The notes: generated by a model not told the origin, from the letters alone. A DNA stretch of 21,943 nucleotides from Minisyncoccota bacterium (GCA_020059045.1 JAGVCW010000022.1:1-21943); one strand, 5' to 3'; counted from the first letter of the stretch, positions 6,851 through 14,926 are shown. Numbers and translations: made by a program.

Positions 6851-8139
6851 TATTTGAAGAGATTTTCAAGCTCTGCACCTGCTTGGTTAATGGCAACATC
6901 CATCCTAACTCTTCCTCCCGTCACAGACTCAACCAAACGCAAGAAAATTTGATCTGTTGCCACGTTATCTGGGTCTAACCACCCCTGCGACCATAGTGCT
7001 CCATCGTAAAGTACGGGCCGCACTGCATCCGTTTGGCGCTCTGACAACAAGTCCCGACGTGCTGGAGCTATACCTAGCGATTCTGCCATAACTTTTACAA
7101 TGTCTTTACTTATTAATTCAGAAATAAAAGCGAAAGCTCCTGCGATATTTTGAGAATTTTTGACAATTGCAAGTCCTGTCATGTTGCCATACGTAATCTT
7201 TTTTATACCAGTACGTGACTGCGGGAAATTTGCAATATCAAAATTAAGATTTGGGTTCTTGATCTTTAAATACGAATACCTTGAGCCAAAATCGAAGTAG
7301 ACCGCTAGATCTCCAGCAAGAAATGCGGTTTCCGAAAGTGGAAGAGAGCGATTCCATGAGTAGAAGGGTTTAGCGGGGTTAGAAAATTCTGTATAGAAGG
7401 AAAGTGCTGCACTTGTGGGTAAAACCGGTGTGTTAAAGGATTTTCGAAGCACACCCGTCGCTACTCCATTTTCTATAGCAACTATTGGATTACCAGCTTG
7501 CATTATAAGAGCCGCCAGAATTTCCTTAGAATTTGAAATATTTTTATATTCACCAAGCGCGACCGTTGAACGAGTTACATTAAAAGCACTGTCTTTAGTA
7601 GTAAGAGCACCTGACAATGCGAAATATTCATCCCAAAATGTTGGCGGTGAAGCAAGCCCCGCGTCAGAAAAAATGTTTTTATTCCAATACATTACAAGAG
7701 GATCAATAGAGACTGGTAGTGCCAGTGCCCCAGCAGGTGTAAGGAAAATACTTCCCTCCTCAACAAACGTATCTCTGTAAGTTCTCTCTGAAATACTCTC
7801 AAAAGGAATGGTAAGTAGCTTGTTACGATTTTTGTAAACATTGTCATGAGATATGAAAATGACATCAGGTCCCACACCTTCAGCAAGGGCCTCTACAAAA
7901 TCACTATCAAAATTTTCTTCAGATTTCTCAACATAAGTCACTACTAAAGTCTGATCCTTAGATAGCTGTGATTGCCCCCAAATTTGAGAAAAAACAGACT
8001 GCGGCATGGTACCCCAGACAGTTATACTGCCACCTTCCTCCCCTCGCCCCCTACCCCCAGCTGCAAACAAAATGACACCGATAATGATAAAGGCTACAAA
8101 GACTCCAATAAATATGAGCTGAAATCTGCTTGTGGTCAT
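6850..8139 (-). CDS. extracellular solute-binding protein of ABC-type family 1 (MalE-like fold), TM-anchored, with no adjacent permease or ATPase
   Basis: N-terminal TM anchor. GPDVIFISHD resembles MalE GPDIIFWAHD. ALPVSIDPLVMYWNKNIF...PPTFWDEYFAL resembles [31 protein letters not shown]. The C-terminal DQIFLRLVESVTGG is typical of family-1 solute-binding proteins. Confidence 0.7.
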   Translation of the reverse strand: MTTSRFQLIFIGVFVAFIIIGVILFAAGGRGRGEEGGSITVWGTMPQSVFSQIWGQSQLSKDQTLVVTYVEKSEENFDSDFVEALAEGVGPDVIFISHDNVYKNRNKLLTIPFESISERTYRDTFVEEGSIFLTPAGALALPVSIDPLVMYWNKNIFSDAGLASPPTFWDEYFALSGALTTKDSAFNVTRSTVALGEYKNISNSKEILAALIMQAGNPIVAIENGVATGVLRKSFNTPVLPTSAALSFYTEFSNPAKPFYSWNRSLPLSETAFLAGDLAVYFDFGSRYSYLKIKNPNLNFDIANFPQSRTGIKKITYGNMTGLAIVKNSQNIAGAFAFISELISKDIVKVMAESLGIAPARRDLLSERQTDAVRPVLYDGALWSQGWLDPDNVATDQIFLRLVESVTGGRVRMDVAINQAGAELENLFK

Positions 8140-8214
8140 CCTTTAGATGTTATAAATCATTGATTAGATTATAACCCACAGAAACCATTACCCCTGTGTA
8201 CAGAAAAACAAAAT

Positions 8215-8769
8215 TCACCCTTTGCGAAATACAACACCATAATGGTGAGCCCCTGCAGAAATTTTACGATCATAGACAAATCCTTTACTTTCAAATAAAG
8301 CTTTAGCGCTATCTTCGTTAAACACTTGGTCCGTATGTGGCCCCAGACCTTCAAACGAATCTGTCCAATCAACTACAAGTAATTGTCCCCCTTGTTTAAG
8401 AATTCTTGCGGCCTCATTTGCAAGAGAATCCCTGTCCTTAGCTTGGAAAAGTAGATTTGAAACTACAACCGAATCCACAAAGCCATCTCTAATGCGACTA
8501 CCACCCATTTTTTCCACATCACCCCAAATTATCTCTATATTAGAAAAACCTAAACTCCTTGCTTCTTTTTTAAGTTTTGTAAGAAGCTCATTTTGTATAT
8601 CGACAGCGTACACCTTGCCTTTATCGCCAACAGCTCTAGCAATCGCAATAGAATAGTGCCCCGAACCAGAACCAAAATCAGCCACCTGCGAACCAAGCTT
8701 CAAAGAAAGCTGTTCAATGTTTTTATTTGGATCAGAAAACATTATCCATATTATACACGAGCCAAACAC
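8215..8769 (-). CDS. class I SAM-dependent methyltransferase
   Basis: Motif I VADFGSGSGHYSIAIA, acidic-loop VYAVDIQ, and motif IV-like LLVVDW. The start in the track is GTG at 8769. An internal ATG at 8742 (MFSDPNK...) is an alternative start. Confidence 0.7.
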   Translation of the reverse strand: MFGSCIIWIMFSDPNKNIEQLSLKLGSQVADFGSGSGHYSIAIARAVGDKGKVYAVDIQNELLTKLKKEARSLGFSNIEIIWGDVEKMGGSRIRDGFVDSVVVSNLLFQAKDRDSLANEAARILKQGGQLLVVDWTDSFEGLGPHTDQVFNEDSAKALFESKGFVYDRKISAGAHHYGVVFRKG

Positions 8770-8807
8770 ATATCCTTATACAAACTTGGACATTCTACAC
8801 CCAAGTA

Positions 8808-11273
8808 CTACAAGCAAATTAGAGAGGCAAGAGAGTCCCCATCTCGGAGCTTCATAATACGCACTCCTTGAGTCTGGCGGCCAAGTTCAGCTATTTCATC
8901 TATTCCTGTGCGGATAACTTGCCCCTTTTTAGAAATTGCTACTACTTCTTCAATATCACCAGTTACTATTGCAGAAGATATAATATTTCCAGTTTTCTCC
9001 GTAACTTTACCAGTCTTAATACCAGAACCTCCTCTATTTTGAATTTTATACTCATTTATGTCAGTTTTCTTGCCGTAACCATTTTCACTTATTACAAGTA
9101 GCTTTGCGCCTGTTGAATCTTTTTTTACAACTTGTGCACCAACGACGCTATCCTCTTTAGCAAGTTTCATAACCCAAACTCCCGCGGCACTCCTTCCCAT
9201 AACTCTTGCGTCAGATTCCTTAAACCTTATTGATTGTCCTTTTTTCGAAACAACCGCAACTGTATCTCCTTTTTCTACCAGAGAAGCAGAAACCAAAAGA
9301 TCGTCCGCATCAAGCTTTATAGCAATTATTCCGCTTGAGCGAACGTCTGAGAAGTTTTCAGCATCAACTTTTTTTCCCACACCATTTTTTGTCACTAGAA
9401 CTAGTGATAAACCTTCTTTACCTTTCTTGTCTTTTGATACAGAAAGAATTGATGTGATTTTCTCTTCACTACCAAGAGATATAAAATTCATTACAGATTT
9501 ACCACGAGTGGCCCGTTTCCCTTCTGGAATGTCATACATTTTTATTTGGTAAACCTTTCCCTTGTCTGTAAAAAATAGTAGATCACTATGGGTTGATGCT
9601 GTCAGAAATTGGGTTACAAAATCCTCTTCTTTGGTATTCAAATCGACAACTCCAACTCCTCCTCTTTTTTGCTTCTTGTATTCATCTGGGTTTGTCCGCT
9701 TTATGTACCCACCACCAGTAAGCACCAAGGCGTTTTCTTCATCAGCAATAAGATCTTCTGTTGAGAATGATTTGGTTGCACCTTTGATGACTTTTGTTCT
9801 ACGATCATCACCATATTTTTCTTGAATTTCTGCGGTTTCTTTCTTGATAATTACAAGAATCTTCTTTGGACTCGCGAGTATCCCTTTTAATTCTGCAATT
9901 ACAATCTGAACTTCAACCAATTCGTCTTCAATCTTTTTCCTTTCTAAGCCTGCAAGTCTAGAAAGTTTCATCTCAAGGATAGCGACAGCTTGTCTATCTG
10001 TAAATTTAAATTCCTTCATCAACCCTGCTTTTGCTTCATCGACAGTCTTCGAAGCCCGAATGAGTTTGATGATGGCATCAATGTGATCGAGAGCCTTCTT
10101 AAGCCCAAGAAGAATGTGTTCACGATCCTCGGCTTTAGCCAATTCAAATTCTGTTCTACGCTTAATAACAATTTTCCTGTGTTTGATGAATTCCTCTAGA
10201 ATATTTTTGACCGAGAGAGTTTGTGGCACACCATCTACTAGAGCTACCAGGTTCAAGTGGAAGGTCTCCTCAAGTTGAGTATGTTTGTATAAAAAGTTTA
10301 AAACCTTCTGAGGTTGGCTGCCATTTTTAAGCTCGATTACTATGCGTATATCCTTTGTCGACTCATCTCTTAATCCCTTTATTCCTTCTAATTTCTTTTC
10401 ACGTACGAGTTCAGCAATTTTTTCTATTAAAGTCGCTTTGTTTACTCTGTATGGAATTGCAGAAATGATGATTTGGAAACTTCCAAGTTTGGTTTCAACA
10501 ATTTCTGCTACTCCACGAGTTACTATTCCCCCACGACCAGTTGCATAGGCATGATGAATATCTTTTTCATTAAAAATAAGTCCACCAGTTGGAAAATCTG
10601 GCCCCTTGATAAATTGAAGTATATCTTCGTTCGCTGCATCTGGGTTATCTACCAAGTATGCCACTGCATCAGATAATTCCCGCAGATTGTGTGGAGGAAT
10701 GTTTGTGGCCATACCCACAGCAATTCCAAGTGTTCCGTTAAGCAAAATGTTTGGTGCCGCGGCTGGCAAAACCGATGGTTCTCTTTTGCTTCCATCGTAG
10801 TTCGGCCGAAAGTCTACTGTATCCTTGTCTATATCTCTCAAGAGCTCGCTTGAAAGTTTACTCATCTTCGCTTCGGTGTAGCGGTATGCTGCAGCATTGT
10901 CACCATCAATGGAACCGAAATTTCCTTGTCCAAGAACCAGTGGATAACGAGTTGAGAAATCTTGCGCCATCTTGACCATAGAGTCATACACTGATGCGTC
11001 ACCATGTGGGTGAAAGTTACCCAAAACATCTCCCACAACTGTTGCCGACTTACGGAACTTTGCAGAAGCCACAAGCCCCATGTTGTTCATCGAATAGAGT
11101 ATACGGCGGTGCACAGGCTTCAATCCATCACGTACGTCAGGCAATGCTCTATCTGTAATAACAGACATGGCATAGTCAATAAACGACTCTTTCATTTCAG
11201 TGACAATGTTGCGCGCGACAACATTCACTCTTTCCTCGTTATTTTCTTTTTTTACTTTATCATTCTTTGACAT
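8808..11273 (-). CDS. gyrA: DNA gyrase subunit A
   Basis: [43 protein letters not shown] and the catalytic Tyr region are present. The C-terminal beta-pinwheel carries a GyrA-box-like QKRGGVG. Length 821 aa. Confidence 0.92.
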   Translation of the reverse strand: MSKNDKVKKENNEERVNVVARNIVTEMKESFIDYAMSVITDRALPDVRDGLKPVHRRILYSMNNMGLVASAKFRKSATVVGDVLGNFHPHGDASVYDSMVKMAQDFSTRYPLVLGQGNFGSIDGDNAAAYRYTEAKMSKLSSELLRDIDKDTVDFRPNYDGSKREPSVLPAAAPNILLNGTLGIAVGMATNIPPHNLRELSDAVAYLVDNPDAANEDILQFIKGPDFPTGGLIFNEKDIHHAYATGRGGIVTRGVAEIVETKLGSFQIIISAIPYRVNKATLIEKIAELVREKKLEGIKGLRDESTKDIRIVIELKNGSQPQKVLNFLYKHTQLEETFHLNLVALVDGVPQTLSVKNILEEFIKHRKIVIKRRTEFELAKAEDREHILLGLKKALDHIDAIIKLIRASKTVDEAKAGLMKEFKFTDRQAVAILEMKLSRLAGLERKKIEDELVEVQIVIAELKGILASPKKILVIIKKETAEIQEKYGDDRRTKVIKGATKSFSTEDLIADEENALVLTGGGYIKRTNPDEYKKQKRGGVGVVDLNTKEEDFVTQFLTASTHSDLLFFTDKGKVYQIKMYDIPEGKRATRGKSVMNFISLGSEEKITSILSVSKDKKGKEGLSLVLVTKNGVGKKVDAENFSDVRSSGIIAIKLDADDLLVSASLVEKGDTVAVVSKKGQSIRFKESDARVMGRSAAGVWVMKLAKEDSVVGAQVVKKDSTGAKLLVISENGYGKKTDINEYKIQNRGGSGIKTGKVTEKTGNIISSAIVTGDIEEVVAISKKGQVIRTGIDEIAELGRQTQGVRIMKLRDGDSLASLICL

Positions 11274-11351
11274 ACTGATTTAATAGTGGACATATACTAC
11301 ACACTTACGATTTTATTCGTAATAGTCCTGCTTTATGCTATTTGCATCTTT

Positions 11352-11693
11352 TCATTCTTCTGGCTCAACTGGAGTCAATCTAATCTGCCCAGTCTCGACT
11401 TGGTTTTTTATGTTTTCATATTCTCCTTGGAAATTGAGGCCTTCTGTCCCAGAAAATAGACTTTTTATTGCGGTGAAAACTTGAGCAACACCAGTTTTAA
11501 GTGTTGCGACCGGAGTCCCTACTTGTGGAGCTTCTGGCTCATTCCTTGCCACAACTTGATTTGAACCATGTGGAAGCAAAACTGAAAGCCATACTACAAA
11601 AACTACTGCCGTAACAAGAGTTGATACGCCAAGAGTTACCCTTTTTCTGTGGTGCTCTGGTTTATTCCTCAGATTTTCTATATATTTTTGCAT
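11352..11693 (-). CDS. hypothetical small single-pass membrane protein
   Basis: 113 aa. N-terminal basic region followed by a TM helix (LGVSTLVTAVVFVVWLSVLL). Sits between the MBL hydrolase and gyrA in the same orientation, with gaps of 17 and 78 nt. Confidence 0.5.
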   Translation of the reverse strand: MQKYIENLRNKPEHHRKRVTLGVSTLVTAVVFVVWLSVLLPHGSNQVVARNEPEAPQVGTPVATLKTGVAQVFTAIKSLFSGTEGLNFQGEYENIKNQVETGQIRLTPVEPEE

Positions 11694-11710
11694 ATTATAT
11701 ATTGAGTATT

Positions 11711-12352
11711 CTAACTTGCTGCAGATAATACAACAATATCTCCTTCCTTGCCCTCCAAATCCTTCTTTTTCAAAGTAAGCTTGTCTTCTGGCTTAATTCC
11801 TTCCTCTCCACCCTCCTTTAGAAATGATTTAAGTGCGGTCGCTGAAAGCCCGTCCCCGTAATGTGTAGGAATTATTATTTTCGGTTCAAGCTGTACTGCA
11901 ATTTTATTTGCCTCTGCGGGTGTAAGTACCCCATCCCCACCAATTGGTACAAACAATATATCTATATCATCCAGAGCTTCAAGTGCTTGGGAGTCTATCG
12001 AGCTTATAGATGAAAGTGCTCCGAGAAAACAAAGGTTCATTCCTTCAAGATTCAAAAGATAAATTGTATTTATTGAATCCTTCCCATCATATTTTGTATT
12101 TGAGAGAAATCCTCGAATGAATATTCCACCTATTTCATATTCACCAGGACCAGTTATAGCAAAAGGTTCCTTATCTCCACGGGATGCTTGATCTATGCCG
12201 TTGAAATCTGGAAGGTTTGTGCTTATGAGGACGATATCTGCTCCATAACGTGAAGTTCTGAATTTTGAGTCTTTGGAGACAGGATTATAGGCAATAACCG
12301 TGTCGCCAAATTGAATTTTGAGTGACTCGACTCCTTGGTAGGTGATAATCAT
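11711..12352 (-). CDS. MBL-fold metal-dependent hydrolase (UPF0173-like)
   Basis: MIITYQGVESLKIQFGDTVIAYNP..., ...ADIVLISTNLPDF, and ...IIIPTHYGD match the short metallo-beta-lactamase-fold hydrolases. A TATAAT lies 10 nt upstream on the minus strand. Confidence 0.7.
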   Translation of the reverse strand: MIITYQGVESLKIQFGDTVIAYNPVSKDSKFRTSRYGADIVLISTNLPDFNGIDQASRGDKEPFAITGPGEYEIGGIFIRGFLSNTKYDGKDSINTIYLLNLEGMNLCFLGALSSISSIDSQALEALDDIDILFVPIGGDGVLTPAEANKIAVQLEPKIIIPTHYGDGLSATALKSFLKEGGEEGIKPEDKLTLKKKDLEGKEGDIVVLSAAS

Positions 12353-12453
12353 AGTTGCTCTAATTATAGCAGATTTGGTTCTAAAATAAAAGTGGGAAGC
12401 GTCTTGTTTTAGGCCGTATTTTATCGTTTCCTAGAGATATCCACATATTCTGC

Positions 12454-12481
12454 TTGACATATAAAACGGGTATGCTATAAT
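12454..12481 (+). promoter_or_regulatory. consensus sigma70 promoter, TTGACA-16 nt-TATAAT, driving the candidate ncRNA
   Basis: TTGACA at 12454-12459 and TATAAT at 12476-12481. This is the best promoter match in the window. No CDS follows. Confidence 0.6.
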
Positions 12482-12487
12482 CTATAA

Positions 12488-12684
12488 ACGTTATCTTTGA
12501 ATAACTAGCAAGGGGGATCGGCAGATGCCTTACCCGCATATGCCGGCCACAGACAGAGGGCAAAACCTGTCTGTGGCCGCTGACATTTTGAACCACGTGC
12601 AACATATATAGTTCAAACGTTTCCCGCGGGGCCTACAGCTTCGCGTCAAGCCACCAACCATTGTGTCGGTGGCTTTCTCTTTAT
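12488..12684 (+). ncRNA. candidate structured small RNA of unknown family, about 200 nt, with its own promoter and terminator
   Basis: GC-rich island in an AT-rich intergenic region. Perfect 13-bp stem CGGCCACAGACAG/CTGTCTGTGGCCG (12544-12556 / 12567-12579). Additional hairpins: GTTAT/ATAAC, GGCAGATGCC, TGAAC/GTTCA, the CCCGCGGG palindrome. Ends in the terminator AAGCCACC-loop-GGTGGCTT followed by a U-tract. There is no ORF of 60 aa or more on the plus strand. Confidence 0.35.
12648..12684 (+). terminator. terminator hairpin with an interrupted U-tract
   Basis: AAGCCACC (12648-12655), a 12-nt loop, GGTGGCTT (12668-12675), then TCTCTTTAT. Confidence 0.5.
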
Positions 12685-12697
12685 GTATAGTTTTCGT

Positions 12698-12726
12698 TTG
12701 ACTTGAAGCAGAAATAGTAGTATGAT
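12698..12726 (+). promoter_or_regulatory. sigma70-type promoter, TTGACT-17-TATGAT
   Basis: TTGACT at 12698-12703 and TATGAT at 12721-12726. AAGGAG at 12765-12770 lies 7 nt before the GTG at 12778. Confidence 0.5.
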
Positions 12727-12777
12727 CACAGAAGTTCCTAGAGATCTTCCCAATCGCTTTTACCAAGGAGCGTGCCC

Positions 12778-12933
12778 GTGCTTGAAAAAATTGCAATCCT
12801 TCTTGTGTTACTTTGGGTCATCGGAATGATGTTTGAATTCACTGCAGGTGGACTTATACACTTTCTGCTTGTACCTGCAGCAATAATGCTTATAGCTGGT
12901 TTAAGCATTAATCAGAAGAATGAATCTTCTTAG
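12778..12933 (+). CDS. small membrane protein of the lmo0937-like family, 51 aa; absent from the ORF track
   Basis: GTG start with a strong AAGGAG ribosome-binding site. Translation: MLEKIAILLVLLWVIGMMFEFTAGGLIHFLLVPAAIMLIAGLSINQKNESS. The LLWxxG...GGLIHxLLV motif is characteristic of the ~50-aa lmo0937-family proteins. Followed by the terminator at 12941-12966. Confidence 0.5.
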   Translation: MLEKIAILLVLLWVIGMMFEFTAGGLIHFLLVPAAIMLIAGLSINQKNESS

Positions 12934-12940
12934 CATACGT

Positions 12941-12966
12941 AGCTTCACATTTGTGAGGCTTTTTTA
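12941..12966 (+). terminator. Rho-independent terminator
   Basis: AGCTTCAC-attt-GTGAGGCT followed by TTTTTT. Confidence 0.6.
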
Positions 12967-13159
12967 ATATAGAAAATCTGCTTTAGATGTAGATATGGTA
13001 GACAAAAAAGTTTTTTTATATAGAATATCCTTACCCTGTAAGACAGGACTTATCAATTAATAGCGTTTTCATAACCCCTAGCCTGAGAATATCCTGCTTA
13101 GCAAGGCGAGGAAGAAAACAAGGTAGTCGTATAGAAACGTACGACTATCCAAGAAAAAT

Positions 13160-14284
13160 ATGAAAGAGAAAGATACTAAGGAGGAAGTGCAGGACGAAGA
13201 AGGTGTAGAAGCGAAGAAAGATAGTGTGATGACAGCATTCTTGTCTAAGAGTGCGACTCCCCCATCTGTCGATGATCTAGTAGAAGGTGTAGTTATAGGT
13301 ATAGACAAGTCAACAGTTTATATAGATTTACCACCATTTGGCACAGGAATAATCTACGGCCGAGAGTTTTTGAACGCGCGTGACATAATCAAAAAAATAA
13401 ACCTTGGTGACTCTGTGGCAGGTAAAGTAGTTGCTCTTGATAACGCAGAAGGTTATATAGAAATTTCTCTAAAGGAAGCACGCCAAGCACTCATATGGGG
13501 TGAAGCAGAGGACGCGATTAGAGACAAGAAGGTGTTTGAACTTCCTGTCACGGATGCAAACAAAGGTGGGCTCATCATAGTATGGCAAGGTATTCAAGGA
13601 TTTCTCCCAGCTTCACAGCTTAAACCAGAGCATTACCCACGTGTCGGCGACGGAGACAAAGACAAGATTCTCGACGAATTGAGAAAACTCGTAGGACAAA
13701 AAATTTCTGTCTCTATAATCGGAGCAGTTCCAAAGGAAGGAAAGCTTATTTTCTCGGAAAAAGACGGGGAGAGTAAGGATAAGGGTGCAATTATAGACAA
13801 GTACACTCTTGGTGATGAAGTACCTGGTGAAGTAACTGGCATTGTAGACTTCGGAGTGTTTGTAAAGCTTGAGGAAGGGCTTGAGGGTCTTGTGCACATT
13901 TCAGAAATGGATTGGGCACTAGTAGAGAATCCTAGATCAATGTACAAAGTCAGTGACAAAGTTAAAGTAAAAATTATTGAAATTAAGGACGGCAAGGTTT
14001 CCCTATCTATCAAAGCTCTGAAACCAAACCCTTGGGTTGAAGCAGCCAAGAAGTACAAGAAGGACGATGAAGTCAAAGGTGTGATCATTAAATTCAACAA
14101 GCATGGAGCTCTTGCATCAATTGAAGAAGGTGTGGCTGGACTTGTACACATTTCAGAATTCGGAAGCGAAGATAAATTGAGAGAGAAACTTGAACTTGGA
14201 AAAACATATGATTTTAAGATTACCCTCTTTGATCCTAAAGAGCAGAAAATGGCTCTCTCGTTTGTAGAAAAAGGGAAGGAATAG
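13160..14284 (+). CDS. rpsA: 30S ribosomal protein S1, short four-S1-domain form
   Basis: Repeated S1 domains with a GxV and L/I-VHISE signature: GEVTGIVDFGVFVKLEEGLEGLVHISEM and VKGVIIKFNKHGALASIEEGVAGLVHISEF. A 374-aa short form. Confidence 0.85.
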   Translation: MKEKDTKEEVQDEEGVEAKKDSVMTAFLSKSATPPSVDDLVEGVVIGIDKSTVYIDLPPFGTGIIYGREFLNARDIIKKINLGDSVAGKVVALDNAEGYIEISLKEARQALIWGEAEDAIRDKKVFELPVTDANKGGLIIVWQGIQGFLPASQLKPEHYPRVGDGDKDKILDELRKLVGQKISVSIIGAVPKEGKLIFSEKDGESKDKGAIIDKYTLGDEVPGEVTGIVDFGVFVKLEEGLEGLVHISEMDWALVENPRSMYKVSDKVKVKIIEIKDGKVSLSIKALKPNPWVEAAKKYKKDDEVKGVIIKFNKHGALASIEEGVAGLVHISEFGSEDKLREKLELGKTYDFKITLFDPKEQKMALSFVEKGKE

Positions 14285-14330
14285 AACGAGGAAGAATAAG
14301 GAATAAAGAATAGAGAATGAGGAGGAAATA
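14285..14330 (+). repeat. heptad-periodic purine tract, (NNN)GAAT repeated 4 times, immediately after the rpsA stop; repeat family copy 2
   Basis: GAAT at 14294, 14301, 14308 and 14315. GAAGAATAAGGAATAAAGAATAGAGAATGAGGA matches the reverse complement of 4444-4492 at 30 of 33 positions. Confidence 0.6.
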
Positions 14331-14350
14331 CAGTTGTAGGGAGGCGGAAC

Positions 14351-14385
14351 AAAAATTCTTCTGAAAGTCAGAAGAATTTTTGTTT
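14351..14385 (+). terminator. Rho-independent terminator for rpsA
   Basis: AATTCTTCTGA-aag-TCAGAAGAATT is a perfect 11-bp stem followed by TTTGTTT. Confidence 0.8.
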
Positions 14386-14422
14386 ATGTGAATACAAGCC
14401 TGCAAGTTTGTGGAGGTTGCAA

Positions 14423-14926
14423 ATGAATAGCTGTTGGTATAAGTTGGTTGTAGATTTGACCATCCACAAGGAGACTACTGTGAGTCAGGCACTGGAACAG
14501 AACGATCACCGTGTTGAAGCCGTAGTTCTATTACTCTGTGGAGAAATCCGAAGTAAAGATAATGCAACGGTAGATCCAGAAAAATTAGTTAAAATGCTTC
14601 CATTTTTTCTCTTAGGATTGAGAATATATTCCACGGGAAGATTCGAGCCGCCACGTTTCTATGGAAATATAGAGACATGCGTGGAACAAGCTCTATCATC
14701 TGGACTAACAGGTGGTATATTTTACAGGAGGATTCCATCGAAGGATCTTTATTACTTCGAAGAAAACGCCCGTAGTAAAATTCAATCTACCTATAACCAC
14801 ATGTTCGAGAAAAGCGTCCTAGCGGCTGCTCCGCAAGCTCTTTATCTGGCATTCGCAGCTTTTGTGAATGAAGTTCCCTGGAATGAAACAGCTAAAGCGA
14901 TGGAAACGTCACTTGGACAAATATAA
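14423..14926 (+). CDS. hypothetical soluble protein
   Basis: The ORF is open from 14408. The ATG at 14423 (MNSCWYK...) has a GGAGG ribosome-binding site 8 nt upstream. No recognisable motif. GC is above the local average. Confidence 0.5.
   Translation: MNSCWYKLVVDLTIHKETTVSQALEQNDHRVEAVVLLLCGEIRSKDNATVDPEKLVKMLPFFLLGLRIYSTGRFEPPRFYGNIETCVEQALSSGLTGGIFYRRIPSKDLYYFEENARSKIQSTYNHMFEKSVLAAAPQALYLAFAAFVNEVPWNETAKAMETSLGQI

Noticed and set aside
8169-8372. A 67-aa minus-strand ORF overlapping the methyltransferase 3' end
   Set aside because: It is an alternative frame of the methyltransferase gene, with no support.
9562-11270. Several 67-88 aa plus-strand ORFs inside gyrA, and a 70-aa minus-strand ORF at 10862-11074
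   Set aside because: All overlap the strongly supported gyrA reading frame. They are typical spurious antisense or alternative-frame ORFs in AT-rich DNA.
12488-12684. Assignment of the candidate sRNA to SRP RNA, tmRNA, RNase P RNA or 6S RNA
   Set aside because: No domain-IV GGAA/AGCA motif, no tRNA-like T-arm or CCA-proximal structure, no P4 GGAAAGUCCGG-type motif, and it is too short for RNase P. It is left as unclassified.
13075-13120. A TPP-riboswitch-like stretch (GCCTGAGAA ... GCGAGGAAG) upstream of rpsA
   Set aside because: CUGAGA and a GCG.AGGAAG pyrophosphate-box-like string are present. However the ACCCC element precedes CUGAGA when it should follow it, no GGGG/ACCC P2 pairing can be drawn, and the gene context (rpsA) is wrong for thiamine regulation.
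13633-14352. A 239-aa minus-strand ORF fully overlapping rpsA
   Set aside because: It is the antisense of a Lys/Glu/Gly-rich gene, with a low-complexity Ser/Pro/Leu translation and no ribosome-binding site. rpsA on the plus strand has clear S1-domain signatures.
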